Assembly: GCA_964524515.1 (NCBI GenBank)
Contig: CAZGEA010000001.1
Coordinates: forward strand, 297,522-361,521
DNA length: 64,000 nt
Source of the DNA: an uncultured Gammaproteobacteria bacterium
GTDB taxonomy: Bacteria; Patescibacteriota; Microgenomatia; UBA8517
Direction of reading: 5' to 3'
In this document: piece by piece, positions 18,887 through 29,832 of the stretch
How positions within the stretch are numbered: position 1 is the stretch's first letter
How the letters are laid out: the number at the start of each line of letters is the position of its first letter
Position numbers and translations under genes: made by a program
Notes under the pieces: generated by a model
Databases searched by the model: none
What the model saw: only the letters and a program-made list of their open reading frames with translations
What the model was told of the DNA's origin: nothing

Positions 18887-19728
18887 ATTAATTTTCTAAT
18901 TCCAGAATCAATATTTATCTTCGGTTTCCATTTTAATTTCCGAAAAACAAATTCTGGATCACCGATCCAACAACTTTTATCAATGGGTCCAACATATTTT
19001 ATATTTGGATCAATTTTTAAACTAACAAATACTTTTTTTGCAATATAATTAAGACTAACCCCGCTACCTGTACAAATATTTTCCATAAAAAATTTGTTCT
19101 TTTTAGCATACCGTTCAATCACTAAATAAATTGCGTTACAAAGATCATCAATATACAAAAAATCACGCATCTGATTACCATCTCCTGTTAACAATACATC
19201 CCCCTTATTTTTAACCATATTAACAATCGAATTAACAACTGAATTTGAATTAGAATCAACTCCATTACCATAAACATTTGATATTCTCAAAATGGCAAGT
19301 CCACAAGTTTTCATTTTATTCGCTGAAATTAATAGATCTTCACACCATTTCTTTGTCCAACCATAAAAATTTCTTGGATCAATATTCGTACTTGTTTTAA
19401 TAATCTTCTTTTGTGATTCATAAACAGCAAACGAAGATGCAAAAACTATATATGGACAATTTATTTTACTAATACTCTTAAGAATTTTCTCTGTCAACAA
19501 AACATTGTTTAATAAATCAGCATCAGTACCTTTTGATACCCCAGCTAAGTGCACAATAACATCAAACTTAGAAAAAAATTTAGTATCATCTTTTTCAAAA
19601 TTCAAATTATCACGACCAATTTTTACAATTTTATATTTATTTTTTTGTTCTAAAAAGAAAACTAAACTACTACCAATAAATCCAGTTGAACCACTAATTC
19701 CAATCACCAATCGCCTTTTTATTGCCAT
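18883..19728 (-). CDS. NAD(P)-dependent epimerase/reductase (short form; putative 4-keto-sugar reductase)
   Basis: ISGSTGFIGSSL is a Rossmann motif and YGWTK a YxxxK motif. The gene lies adjacent to the CapD-like dehydratase. Confidence 0.7.
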   Translation of the reverse strand: MAIKRRLVIGISGSTGFIGSSLVFFLEQKNKYKIVKIGRDNLNFEKDDTKFFSKFDVIVHLAGVSKGTDADLLNNVLLTEKILKSISKINCPYIVFASSFAVYESQKKIIKTSTNIDPRNFYGWTKKWCEDLLISANKMKTCGLAILRISNVYGNGVDSNSNSVVNSIVNMVKNKGDVLLTGDGNQMRDFLYIDDLCNAIYLVIERYAKKNKFFMENICTGSGVSLNYIAKKVFVSLKIDPNIKYVGPIDKSCWIGDPEFVFRKLKWKPKINIDSGIRKLI

Positions 19729-19755
19729 TCTCTATCGATTATAATACTATATCTT

Positions 19756-20514
19756 ATGAATCGCAGATACAAAATTATGAACCGAAGATATCAAAAAAAT
19801 TACGCTTCAACTAGACCTCAAATGTATGATGAAATATCTAGAATAAAAAAGGCAAAAGCAATAATTTATGTCCTAAATGACTATTTTGGCACAAATAAAG
19901 TAAAAAAATTAAAAATACTAGATGTCGGTGCATCAAGTGGAATTATGGATAACGAAATATCAAAACATGTTAGTAATGTTATCGGAATAGATATTGACTC
20001 CCAAGCAATAAAATTTGCACAAAAAAATTTCAAAAGGAAAAATTTAAAATTTAAAGTTGACGACGCGATGAATTTAAAAGAGAAGCCTAATACTTACGAT
20101 GTCGTTATCTGTGCACATGTTTACGAACATGTGCCAGATTCTGCAAAACTATTTAAAGAAATTTACAAAGTCCTAAAACCAAATGGCGTTTGCTATCTTG
20201 CCGCAATAAATTCATTATGGCCAATGGAGCCACACTATAATTTATTATTTTTGTCCTGGCTTCCAAGAAATTTAGCAAATATTTATGTAAAACTTACGGG
20301 AAAAGCAAATGAATATTACGAGCATCCACTTTCTTACTGGGAAATTAAAAAAATGACAACTTATTTTGCAGAAATTGATTACACTTCAAAAATAGTTATT
20401 AATCCTAAAAAATTTGGTTATGGGAATTTTCAAATTGAAAACCCAATTACGAATTTTATTGCAAAATTTGCAAAATACTTTACTCCAACAATGTTTCTAC
20501 TTCTAAAGAAATGA
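19756..20514 (+). CDS. class I SAM-dependent methyltransferase (Methyltransf_11-like)
   Basis: The sequence ILDVGASSGIM...IGIDID...YDVVICAHVYEHV...VLKPNGVCYL is a class-I methyltransferase pattern. The N-terminus has a tandem MNRRYK/IMNRRYQ duplication. Confidence 0.8.
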   Translation: MNRRYKIMNRRYQKNYASTRPQMYDEISRIKKAKAIIYVLNDYFGTNKVKKLKILDVGASSGIMDNEISKHVSNVIGIDIDSQAIKFAQKNFKRKNLKFKVDDAMNLKEKPNTYDVVICAHVYEHVPDSAKLFKEIYKVLKPNGVCYLAAINSLWPMEPHYNLLFLSWLPRNLANIYVKLTGKANEYYEHPLSYWEIKKMTTYFAEIDYTSKIVINPKKFGYGNFQIENPITNFIAKFAKYFTPTMFLLLKK

Positions 20515-21314
20515 CATCAGGTATCTTCTGCATATCAATTGACACAGAACTTCTATGGGGAAGAAAAGACTTAAACTATTCAAAATTTATCGAAAAAACA
20601 AAAAAAGAGAGAGAAATAATAAAAAAAATTTTAAAATTATTTAAAAAATACCAAATTGGTGCCACATGGGCAATTGTTGGCAAATTATACGAAAAAGATA
20701 ATGAACTTTGGTCAGGTATTGATATTATAAATATGATCAAAAAAGATAAAAATCAAGAAATTGCATCCCATTCATATTCTCATGAAGACTTTTATAAAAT
20801 AAATAAAAAAAAAGCAATATCAGAACTCAATAAAAACGTTTCTTACAGTTTTATCTACCCCAGAAACCATATTAAATACCTTAATTTACTCAAAAAAATC
20901 GGATACTCAGCATATAGAGGAATTGACGAAACATCAATATCAAATAGTATCATACTTATTGCAAAACTATTTCTATCAATCACTCCAAAAACTAATAAAC
21001 CTAGTCAAATTAACGGATTAATAAACATACCAGGATCAATGTACTTCCTCTCGGCTAGAGGTATGAGAAAATTCATTCCACTCGGTCTAAAATACAAAAG
21101 AGCAGTTAAAGGTATCGATAAAGCAATTAAAAACAATGAAATATTTCATTTATGGTTTCATCCAATCGATTTTGCAGATAATCAAAATGAACAATTTTCA
21201 GAATTTGAAAAAATATTAGTGTATGCTAACAAAAAAAAGCGAAGTGGGGTTTTAAAAATTGAACCAATGATTAAAATTGCAAAAGAATTTAAACTTAAAA
21301 ATATTAATTCTTAA
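20511..21314 (+). CDS. polysaccharide deacetylase (CE4)-like protein
   Basis: CISIDTE is an Asp-rich motif 1 candidate. ASHSYSHEDF is an HxxxH metal-binding motif 2 candidate. This is a motif-level match only. Confidence 0.45.
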   Translation: MTSGIFCISIDTELLWGRKDLNYSKFIEKTKKEREIIKKILKLFKKYQIGATWAIVGKLYEKDNELWSGIDIINMIKKDKNQEIASHSYSHEDFYKINKKKAISELNKNVSYSFIYPRNHIKYLNLLKKIGYSAYRGIDETSISNSIILIAKLFLSITPKTNKPSQINGLINIPGSMYFLSARGMRKFIPLGLKYKRAVKGIDKAIKNNEIFHLWFHPIDFADNQNEQFSEFEKILVYANKKKRSGVLKIEPMIKIAKEFKLKNINS

Positions 21315-21879
21315 CTTCAGTTAACATTTCATCAACAGTTTTCTTCACTGCGTTTAATTCACCTATTTGTGGGAATTTTGATGATTGATAATTTAACAAT
21401 TCTGACATCTTTGTCAGTCTGTTCTGACTTTCATTTGATCCATTTATTGATGATTCAAGTTTTACAATAGACAATGCTTCAACTAATTGTTTATTTGCTC
21501 TTCCAAGAGTTTTTTTAGCCTCATCAACTTTATTGTCATTCAGTAATTTTTCTGATTCCAAAACTCTCTTTGTTGCTAAAAGAACTTTGTAATCAAACTT
21601 CTCAGCATTTCCAAAAATCATCTTACCTCTAATTTTTTCTTTCAATAATTTAAATAAATATAGTTTGTCACCTTCAACTCTTCCAGAAGATAAGGGCCAA
21701 AAAACTTCAAACGAATTCATACTTGGTATTGGAGTAACAGATGGTTTTGGGCTAGGGGTAGCTACTTTCTTTATAACTACTGTCTGTTTTTTCTGAGCAT
21801 AAGTATATGTGCTAGAAAATGCACTTGGCATTAAACCAATAAACAAGAATACTACAATAAATATTTTTAAAAATTTCAT
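21304..21879 (-). CDS. secreted hypothetical protein (signal peptide + coiled-coil)
   Basis: The N-terminus MKFLKIFIVVFLFIGLMPSAFS looks like a signal peptide. A Pro/Ser/Thr linker and a K/E-rich helical region follow. Confidence 0.5.
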   Translation of the reverse strand: MKFLKIFIVVFLFIGLMPSAFSSTYTYAQKKQTVVIKKVATPSPKPSVTPIPSMNSFEVFWPLSSGRVEGDKLYLFKLLKEKIRGKMIFGNAEKFDYKVLLATKRVLESEKLLNDNKVDEAKKTLGRANKQLVEALSIVKLESSINGSNESQNRLTKMSELLNYQSSKFPQIGELNAVKKTVDEMLTEVKN

Positions 21880-21903
21880 ATTTACAACTTAACTATATAC
21901 TAC

Positions 21904-23052
21904 CTATTTCAATTTCGCAACATATTTAATCAATAACAAACTTTTTCTTTTTGATACAGGCCATGTAAAATTTGCAGCCCATTTGACACATGTCTGTGTC
22001 ATTGCTTTATATTTATTTTTATTTTTTAATAACTTATCTATTTCCTTTGCTAATAATTTAGACTTATTTTTGTTAACTAAAACACCACTAAATTGATCTT
22101 TAACTGAATCAACCAACCCACCCACTTTATAACCTACAACAGGAGTACCCACAGAATTTGCTTCAATATTGACTAACCCAAATCCTTCATGAATTGAAGG
22201 ATTAATAAGAACATGACTTCTTGAAAGTAAGTTATATTTTTTACTTTTTTCAACATATCCCCAAATTTTTATTCTATTAGTCAATCCATATTCATCAATT
22301 AATGCAAAAAGTTCTTGATCAAAACCTATTCCAATTTTTCCTATCAACCAAAAATAATAATTTCCAATTTTTGATAATTCACGAAAAACATTAAGAGCAT
22401 CAATTATCCCCTTGTCACGAGTTACAGCACCCAAAAAAGTGATTGTTTTATTTTTTTCTTTTGAAGATTTCTCAAATTTACCTTGTTTTTCAATCCCATG
22501 ATTTACAACTTCAATATAATTTCTATCAATCCCAATCTTTATCAAATCTTTTTTTGCAGACTCCGAACCTGTCATAAAATTAACATTTCTACTTCCTGGA
22601 AATATATTCTTTTTATAAAGATAATATAAAAATGGTTCTCCAAAATATCCAATATGTCCAATTACAAAATTAAATGGCTTGGGAAGTTGATTATTCAACC
22701 AAACTTCCTTTGCAACCTCCTGCACAACAGCAACAATTGGAACTCGTACATATAGTGGTGTAAAAAAAGGTAATCCATGAAATTGATCGATAATCAGATC
22801 AAACTTAATATTTCTTTTAAAGATATACCAAAAAAACGCACTTATTTGAACACCTACAAGTTGCAATCCCATTCGCTCAATGATTACTCCATCTAAAACT
22901 TCCTTTTTCTTACATCCTTTATAAAACGAACTTATTAATATAACTTTATGACCATTTTCAACCCAACCTTTCATATGCTCATGCATAACCTGCTCTGCTC
23001 CACCAGATTGTGGATGTTTAGGGTCGCGCCATGATAAAACTAGTATATTCAT
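21904..23052 (-). CDS. GT4 (group 1) glycosyltransferase
   Basis: The C-terminal INPSIHEGFGLVNIEANSVGTPVVG is an EX7E motif. Confidence 0.75.
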   Translation of the reverse strand: MNILVLSWRDPKHPQSGGAEQVMHEHMKGWVENGHKVILISSFYKGCKKKEVLDGVIIERMGLQLVGVQISAFFWYIFKRNIKFDLIIDQFHGLPFFTPLYVRVPIVAVVQEVAKEVWLNNQLPKPFNFVIGHIGYFGEPFLYYLYKKNIFPGSRNVNFMTGSESAKKDLIKIGIDRNYIEVVNHGIEKQGKFEKSSKEKNKTITFLGAVTRDKGIIDALNVFRELSKIGNYYFWLIGKIGIGFDQELFALIDEYGLTNRIKIWGYVEKSKKYNLLSRSHVLINPSIHEGFGLVNIEANSVGTPVVGYKVGGLVDSVKDQFSGVLVNKNKSKLLAKEIDKLLKNKNKYKAMTQTCVKWAANFTWPVSKRKSLLLIKYVAKLK

Positions 23053-23056
23053 AAAC

Positions 23057-23812
23057 TCATGAAGATTTTAATCTAGAATCATACTTTTTAGCTAGCTTTA
23101 GTCGATAAAACACCACTAAAGTATCCCAAAGCATTCTAGATATATTTTTAAATGTGGAAGCATGTGTCAAATCATCAAATCTATAAGTTATCTTAATCGG
23201 AGCTTCATATATTCTTTTAAAACCCAAGTAATGTGAAACTGCTAACATTTCAATATCCATTGCATATCTTTCAACCTGAAGTTTAGGTAATATTTTCTCA
23301 AGTACTTTTCTTTTAAATATTTTTATTCCACTTTGTGTATCACGAACATTAATATTAAACAATATTCTTGTGGCCATATGATATCCAAAACTAAAAATCT
23401 TTCTGCCTAATGGATATTCAACTTGGGAAGCAGGATGCCTTTTTGATCCAATAATAATATCAGCATCGTACCATTTCATATGATCCATTAGCATCATAAT
23501 CCCAGATGGCCAAATTTCTCGCCCTGCATCCAAAAATGAAATAATATCTCCTCTACTTCTAAGCATTCCAAATCTAACTGCAAATCCCTTTCCTTTATTC
23601 AAATCATATTTATATACTTTTATTTTTTTACTTTTAACTTTCTTAGCTTTCTCATATGTCTTATCAACTACTCCATCCACAACACAAATTATTTCATAAT
23701 TAAAATTGCTAGGAATTCCTTGATGGAGTACTTTATCAATTGTTCTCAAATCCTTTTCAATCGTCTTTTCCTGCTTATAGGCAGGTATAACAACTGAAAG
23801 TAAATTTTTCAT
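23057..23812 (-). CDS. GT2 glycosyltransferase
   Basis: LSVVIPAYKQEKTI...IICVVDGVVDKT is followed by a FLDAG segment carrying the DxD-type motif. Confidence 0.75.
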   Translation of the reverse strand: MKNLLSVVIPAYKQEKTIEKDLRTIDKVLHQGIPSNFNYEIICVVDGVVDKTYEKAKKVKSKKIKVYKYDLNKGKGFAVRFGMLRSRGDIISFLDAGREIWPSGIMMLMDHMKWYDADIIIGSKRHPASQVEYPLGRKIFSFGYHMATRILFNINVRDTQSGIKIFKRKVLEKILPKLQVERYAMDIEMLAVSHYLGFKRIYEAPIKITYRFDDLTHASTFKNISRMLWDTLVVFYRLKLAKKYDSRLKSS

Positions 23813-25047
23813 TATTCAAATGATAATATCGTATAAACGGTAAGAAGCAATAGTAAAAAAAGACAAGAAAAAATTGAAGCCACGATCATATTCATTACAC
23901 TCATGTGAAATAAAAATATACTTAATATATAGACAACTGAACCAAATAACGCAATATATGAAACAAAAGTTTTTCCAAGAGCCAGATTATAAAAAATCAA
24001 TATTCCAACAAATGAATAAACCACCATATATAAACCAAAAAATGGTAATAAATTATCAAAACCAAAATACTGAGATCCATAAGAAAACTGAAATATTTGT
24101 CTATGAAAAAATGTAAAAGTAAAAAGTGCAAAAAAACTAATTATCATTACAAAAAAAATTGACAAGAAAAAATATTTATATGTTGGCTTATTTTGTGCAT
24201 GGCTCTTTACTATATTTGGAAACATAACTGAAAAAACAGGTGTTGTTGCAAAATAAACAATCTTCCCAAGAGTAGACAATGCAGCATACAAACCCGCATC
24301 AAATGATAAAAAATAATGTCTTGCCAAAATAACATCTAAACTAACAAAGGCCGTTAGTGCAAGTGCCTGAACAATAACTGGAATCGAATACTTTATAAAT
24401 TTACTATAATCAAATGAAATATTTTCAATCTTTATAAACTTTTTAGTGGACCACCTCTCCAAATACAAAACAGCGATTAAAACAGCGATTAATATTCCAA
24501 ATAGAGCACCATCAACAGCAAAACCTAAAACAACCAACAACAAGCCGATCAAAAGCTTTCCCGCCCCTGATATAAAATTAGGAATTACTGCTGATAAAAA
24601 ATCAAGTTTTCCTTGTGCAACTGCCTGATTATAAGTAGCATGAAGTGATAAGTAAAAAATTGGAGCCAAATATATAACCTTATAAATACTATCCAAATGT
24701 AAATAAGTCATAATAAATGGACTAACTAAAAATATAAATAAAGCAATAAAAATTCCAAATTTAACTACAAATCTTTTCAACGCCCAATATGTTTTACTTT
24801 GATCTTCAATATCAAATGAGGATGAAATAAATTTTACGATAGAAACGTTAGCCGACTGCGGAACAATACTAATTATATATAATACTGAAAAAACTGAAGC
24901 TAAAACGCCATATTGAACAGGACCCAAAAACCTACCCATCAATATGTGATAAACAAAATTAATAACATTAACAAACATTGAACCGATAACCATAATGCTA
25001 CTACCTAAAATAAAAGGGTGTGTAATAAAATTTTTTATTCTTTTCAT
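23812..25047 (-). CDS. Wzx/MOP-superfamily oligosaccharide flippase
   Basis: About 12 predicted TM helices with the length and hydropathy pattern of polysaccharide biosynthesis flippases. ORF track gives ..25083; the Met of MKRIKNF at 25047 avoids overlapping the upstream stop. Confidence 0.55.
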   Translation of the reverse strand: MKRIKNFITHPFILGSSIMVIGSMFVNVINFVYHILMGRFLGPVQYGVLASVFSVLYIISIVPQSANVSIVKFISSSFDIEDQSKTYWALKRFVVKFGIFIALFIFLVSPFIMTYLHLDSIYKVIYLAPIFYLSLHATYNQAVAQGKLDFLSAVIPNFISGAGKLLIGLLLVVLGFAVDGALFGILIAVLIAVLYLERWSTKKFIKIENISFDYSKFIKYSIPVIVQALALTAFVSLDVILARHYFLSFDAGLYAALSTLGKIVYFATTPVFSVMFPNIVKSHAQNKPTYKYFFLSIFFVMIISFFALFTFTFFHRQIFQFSYGSQYFGFDNLLPFFGLYMVVYSFVGILIFYNLALGKTFVSYIALFGSVVYILSIFLFHMSVMNMIVASIFSCLFLLLLLTVYTILSFE

Positions 25048-25048
25048 A

Positions 25049-26230
25049 TCATGATAACCAATAACCATTAGAAAACAGTCCAAAAGAAATGTAGTTCAAA
25101 ACAACCATAAATAGAAGAATAACACAAAAAAATAAAAATCTTTTATAACCTAAAGAAAGATATTTTGCAAACATTATATAAACAACAAAACAAGGCAGTA
25201 AATATCTCGGCATCGATGAAAAACTTCCTGATAATGTAGGTATTAAATATATAAATAATGAAAACATAAAATACGAAAATCTAACTTTTCTAAACGAAAT
25301 TAAAATGATAAACAAAAACAATATACTTAATATAAACTCCAAATACCCTGAATACAAATTAGGAAAAAAATGATAATTAAGATTTGGAAGTATCTTAAAT
25401 ATATATCTATACAAAACTTGAGGTAATAGTACAAAATGAGATGATCTTTGTGAGCCAAACGTCTGCTCTAAATTATTATAAAAAGCGAAAAAATTACCTG
25501 TTTTTAATTTCAAAAAAGCCAAATATACGATTAACCCAAAAGTAGAAAAAGTTATTTTAAAAAAATTTAAAATAGTATAGTTACTTATCCGCAACTTCCA
25601 ATTATTTTGACTAAAATATTCAATTAATATAGAAATAAACATAGCGATTCCAACAACACGGGTTGCAGATGCAAACATAGCCAATAATGCTGCAGGAAAC
25701 CACTTACCTTTTCTGGCAAAATAAAAACTCCATATACAAAGTACTAAAAAAAAGGATTCTGTATAAACTGACACCAAATAAAATGATGTTGGAAATAATA
25801 TCAACATAACAATCGACATTAAAGTAATCTTTTTAGAAAAATCAATTCTAAGTAACTTCCAAAAACCAAATATTAAGAATAAAAAACAAAAAAATGAAAC
25901 AAACATTCCACTATATAAATATGAGTAAATTCCAGCTCCCCATAAAAAAGAAATTTTACTCAAAACCAATGAATATAATGGAAAATAATAATATTCTGAA
26001 TTGGTATATCCATTTCTCGCTAGGTGTATATATCTTTCGCCATCAAAATTTGCAAAAGACCAAGTCGTAGGGCTTCGTAAATACTCTTTCTTTGAACCAC
26101 CAAGATAATCATTTTGTAAGGGGAAAAAATTTGACGAAGTATTAATTGTAAAAATTAAAAAAAATCTCCAAAAAATAATTATAAAAATTATTAATAATAA
26201 TTCTCTATTCTTTTTCAAAAAAGTAGACAT
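25049..26230 (-). CDS. PIG-V/Gpi18-like mannosyltransferase family membrane protein (GT76-like)
   Basis: FDGERYIHLARNGY...YYFPLYS matches the WDAxHYxxIAxxGY...FFPLYP signature of Mannosyl_trans2 proteins. ORF track start is 26293; the Met of MSTFLKK at 26230 abuts the upstream gene. Confidence 0.5.
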   Translation of the reverse strand: MSTFLKKNRELLLIIFIIIFWRFFLIFTINTSSNFFPLQNDYLGGSKKEYLRSPTTWSFANFDGERYIHLARNGYTNSEYYYFPLYSLVLSKISFLWGAGIYSYLYSGMFVSFFCFLFLIFGFWKLLRIDFSKKITLMSIVMLILFPTSFYLVSVYTESFFLVLCIWSFYFARKGKWFPAALLAMFASATRVVGIAMFISILIEYFSQNNWKLRISNYTILNFFKITFSTFGLIVYLAFLKLKTGNFFAFYNNLEQTFGSQRSSHFVLLPQVLYRYIFKILPNLNYHFFPNLYSGYLEFILSILFLFIILISFRKVRFSYFMFSLFIYLIPTLSGSFSSMPRYLLPCFVVYIMFAKYLSLGYKRFLFFCVILLFMVVLNYISFGLFSNGYWLS

Positions 26231-26232
26231 GT

Positions 26233-27288
26233 TTATTTCATCCCAGCTACTCGCTGATACACCTGCAATGTCTCGTTTGCAGTCTTTTTCCAAGAAAAAT
26301 TAGAGTTACATTCAAATCCTTTTGATATTAACTTTTTTTGCAATAATTTATTCACTAATACTTTATTTAGTGAATCAACTAAAGAATCAACACTGTATGG
26401 ATCAAAAGGTAAAAAAGCACCGTCAGCTATTTCAGTAAAAACTTGCGTTCGAGAAGCAACAACTGGGCAGCCAGAAGCGAATGCCTCAAGAATTGGTAAA
26501 CCAAACCCCTCATAAAACGAGGGCTGACAATATACTGTTGCCAAATTATAAATCAATGATAAATCATCATTTGAGACAAAACCCAACCTTTTAATAAATT
26601 TATTATCGCCATATTTATTCAAAAACTCCCTAAAAGGTTTATTTTCAATATTTGAAAAATCAACATTATCATCGGCTGCCTGTTTTCCAACAATTACTAA
26701 ATACTTTTTAAGTCTCACGGCTGCCTCGCATAAAGTAATTAAATTCTTATTATAATTAACGTCACCTGTATATAAAATAAATTCACTTGGAAGATCATAT
26801 TTATTTTTAATAATACTTAATAATTTTCTATCATTAATTATTCTATACGACTCACCAGCAGCCAAATAAATAACACTTATTTTCTCGTCAGGGATATTCA
26901 AAAATCTAATTATATCTTTCTTCGATGTCTCAGATATTGTAATAATTTGGTCAACTCTACTAATTAAAATCCAATTTATTAAAAAATAAATTTTACCTTT
27001 AATACCAGATGGATATTTACTAGGATAAATTAATCTAATTAAATCATGAATTGTTAAAACTATTTTTGTATTTTTAAAAAAAGGCAGTGACAAAAAATTT
27101 GGATGAAAAGATGGAAAATGAACCACATTATACTTTTTTGAAATATTTTGATCCCAACAATCAACTTCCTCTATTAAAATTTCCTTATTCTTTTTCAATT
27201 CATCAACCAACAAACGCATGTGCATTCCAATTCCCCGTATTGAATCACCTTTAACATTTGGTCCTTTATCGATTGCAATTTTAATCAT
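26233..27288 (-). CDS. GT4 (group 1) glycosyltransferase
   Basis: The C-terminal QPSFYEGFGLPILEAFASGCPVVAS is an EX7E-type motif. Confidence 0.75.
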   Translation of the reverse strand: MIKIAIDKGPNVKGDSIRGIGMHMRLLVDELKKNKEILIEEVDCWDQNISKKYNVVHFPSFHPNFLSLPFFKNTKIVLTIHDLIRLIYPSKYPSGIKGKIYFLINWILISRVDQIITISETSKKDIIRFLNIPDEKISVIYLAAGESYRIINDRKLLSIIKNKYDLPSEFILYTGDVNYNKNLITLCEAAVRLKKYLVIVGKQAADDNVDFSNIENKPFREFLNKYGDNKFIKRLGFVSNDDLSLIYNLATVYCQPSFYEGFGLPILEAFASGCPVVASRTQVFTEIADGAFLPFDPYSVDSLVDSLNKVLVNKLLQKKLISKGFECNSNFSWKKTANETLQVYQRVAGMK

Positions 27289-28160
27289 TTCAATTCAACA
27301 ATTAATTTATAATAAGACAACGGAATTTGAATTGATGAATAGGCACTCCACAAAAAACCTCTTATTCCATCCATATAACCTTTATGCCGAATGTATAAAC
27401 GAAAAAAATAAAAGGAAGGCTCAAACAAGCTGTATTTAACAAAAGTAAAAAAACTATATTTAATTCCAGAATCTTTCATCTGATTTGCTCTAAAACTTGT
27501 ATATCTGTTTAATCTAAAAATATACCTTTCAAGAGTAGGTGAATCATAATGTTCCATATCATTAAATAACCATGCAACCCCACCATCTATTTCCATAATT
27601 TCATGAACTGATTTACCAGGAAGTCTTGCTTTGCCTTTCTTGATTAATCTTATTGCTGGATCAGGATAGACACCACCATGAATTAATGGTGCACCTATAA
27701 AAATATTTTTTCTAGGAATAAAAAAAGCAACAATTTCATTGCTAGTTCTTTTATCAATCAATCCATCTCTTTGCTCAATAATCTTTTGATGTTTTTCAAA
27801 AAGCATATTTTTTACACTATTCGGATTAATTCTTTTTTTAATTTGACTATCACTCATTAAAATAACTTCCTTAATCTCTTTTGCAAGTAATGGAGTAATA
27901 ACTTCGTCAGCATCAAGCTGAAGGATCCATTTTCCATGGGCAATATCTATTGCCTTTTGCTTTGTAATATGAAAATTATCCTGATGTTCAACTTGATAAA
28001 CTTTAGCACCATATTTTTTTGCAATCTCAACAGTCTTATCTGTTGAATACTCATCAAATATAATTATCTCATCAGCTATTTCAGATATTGAATCGAGACA
28101 TCTTCCAATGTTTTTTTCTTCATTTCTTGTTGCCAGCACTACTGATAAATTTTTGCTCAT
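27285..28160 (-). CDS. GT2 glycosyltransferase
   Basis: LSVVLATRNEEKNI...IIIFDEYSTDKT is followed by a QLDADEV segment carrying the DxD motif. Confidence 0.75.
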   Translation of the reverse strand: MSKNLSVVLATRNEEKNIGRCLDSISEIADEIIIFDEYSTDKTVEIAKKYGAKVYQVEHQDNFHITKQKAIDIAHGKWILQLDADEVITPLLAKEIKEVILMSDSQIKKRINPNSVKNMLFEKHQKIIEQRDGLIDKRTSNEIVAFFIPRKNIFIGAPLIHGGVYPDPAIRLIKKGKARLPGKSVHEIMEIDGGVAWLFNDMEHYDSPTLERYIFRLNRYTSFRANQMKDSGIKYSFFTFVKYSLFEPSFYFFRLYIRHKGYMDGIRGFLWSAYSSIQIPLSYYKLIVELK

Positions 28161-28161
28161 A

Positions 28162-29832
28162 TTAAATTTCTATGATCCTAAAATAAGTGTAAGAATTAAC
28201 GCCTTTTATTTCTTTTGCATTTGGATATGCACTTTGGGTAATTTCCTCACTTGTTCCTACAACTATAGCATTAATCTTTTGTTTTTTTATATCATCCAAA
28301 TTTATTTTCCCAAATCTGAATTTATCAAAATAACTAACAGTTGAAAAACCAAATGCATCAGGAACAGAAAGTACACCTTCGCTTTGAAATTTTACTGGTG
28401 AATAATTTAAATAGAAAAGAAACAATATGTATGGCTGATCATATCGATCAGTAACAAAAATAAGTCTATCGTCATTCTTATATGTACTATTCAAATAATC
28501 TACCAATTCAAAAACCCCATATTGCGATGAAAAAGGTAATTCTTGTGACATTCTTTTATAGTAATTATTTAAATACAAGAAAAAAAATATTAACAAAGTT
28601 GAAAATGTTACTACTTTTGCAATAAAAATATATTTTCTATTTAATATATTATAAAAACGAACAACTCCATAAGAAAAAATTATAGTCAAAGGAATAATCA
28701 TAAAAGCCGATCGAAGTGCATGTGGTGCCTGAAAAGTTAATGAAGCAGGTATTGGTGCTAAAAGCAACATTAACAATAGTATTAAGCCTCGTTTATTTAA
28801 TCTATCTTTAAATAAATAAAATAAACCTAAAAACAAAAACGGCAGTACATATAAATATAGTTGACCAAATCCTGGAACTTTATTTCTCTGTATTTCATCC
28901 CCATTTACAAAAAGATAATTAAATGAGAAATGAGAAAAATAATTTGTAAATATTCTTGATCCATATCCTGTAAATCTATTAAATACTAACCTAGTAATAA
29001 TTGAATTAGGATTTGGCTGTTGTCCCCGCAGTTCGTTAATCCTATTTAACGGTCCTAGATCTGAAAATATACCCACTCCTTGCGCTCTTGATAGAACTTT
29101 ACCATTCAACAAATCTCCACCTAGTGGAATTAAAAATACCAACGATATCAATAATGTCAAAAAAATTTTATAAAACCTTTTAAATAAATTTTTATAAAAA
29201 ATAAAGTGCAATGATATAAAAATTAATGTTCCGATTACTCGTCCTGAATGATATGTATAAAGAACCAATATATAAAATATTAAACTGCATATATAATTCC
29301 TAAATTTATCAGTACGTTGATATTTTAAATAAAAATAAACTAAGAACATCAAAAATGTAGTACAAACATTCACTTCCCAAGCTCCTCTTGAAAAATGAAT
29401 GTGCCACGGTGAAATGGCTAACATTAAGGCAGACACTAAAGCAATCACTTTTTTATTTTTACTTTCTCTAAATATTTCAAATGACAAATAATAGATACCA
29501 AGAATTCCAATCAAACCAAAAATTAATCCCGGCAACCTAACAGACATTACATTTAAACCAAAAAATTTAACAAATGGAATTGCTAAATAAAAATACAATC
29601 CTGGCTTATAATCATTAAAAGATTGAAAATTTACAGGCCAAATATTTCCGTGTTCATCCTTACCAGTTAAAATTAAAGAAAAAACATTGTAACCAATTGC
29701 CGCTTCGTCAGCATTAAGTGCAGGTAATGTATTTAAATTATATATTCTCAAAACAAAGCTAATGAATAGCACAATTAACAATAAATAATTTTTATTAAAT
29801 ATTTTCATAAATATAAAAAGCAATCTTTCCAT
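28162..29832 (-). CDS. PMT-like GT39 family membrane glycosyltransferase (paralog A)
   Basis: The first loop reads NADEAAIGYN, a DE motif like yeast PMT DEvhfG. It is followed by GNIWPVNFQ...KPGLYFYL. There are at least 10 TM helices. Confidence 0.8.
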   Translation of the reverse strand: MERLLFIFMKIFNKNYLLLIVLFISFVLRIYNLNTLPALNADEAAIGYNVFSLILTGKDEHGNIWPVNFQSFNDYKPGLYFYLAIPFVKFFGLNVMSVRLPGLIFGLIGILGIYYLSFEIFRESKNKKVIALVSALMLAISPWHIHFSRGAWEVNVCTTFLMFLVYFYLKYQRTDKFRNYICSLIFYILVLYTYHSGRVIGTLIFISLHFIFYKNLFKRFYKIFLTLLISLVFLIPLGGDLLNGKVLSRAQGVGIFSDLGPLNRINELRGQQPNPNSIITRLVFNRFTGYGSRIFTNYFSHFSFNYLFVNGDEIQRNKVPGFGQLYLYVLPFLFLGLFYLFKDRLNKRGLILLLMLLLAPIPASLTFQAPHALRSAFMIIPLTIIFSYGVVRFYNILNRKYIFIAKVVTFSTLLIFFFLYLNNYYKRMSQELPFSSQYGVFELVDYLNSTYKNDDRLIFVTDRYDQPYILFLFYLNYSPVKFQSEGVLSVPDAFGFSTVSYFDKFRFGKINLDDIKKQKINAIVVGTSEEITQSAYPNAKEIKGVNSYTYFRIIEI

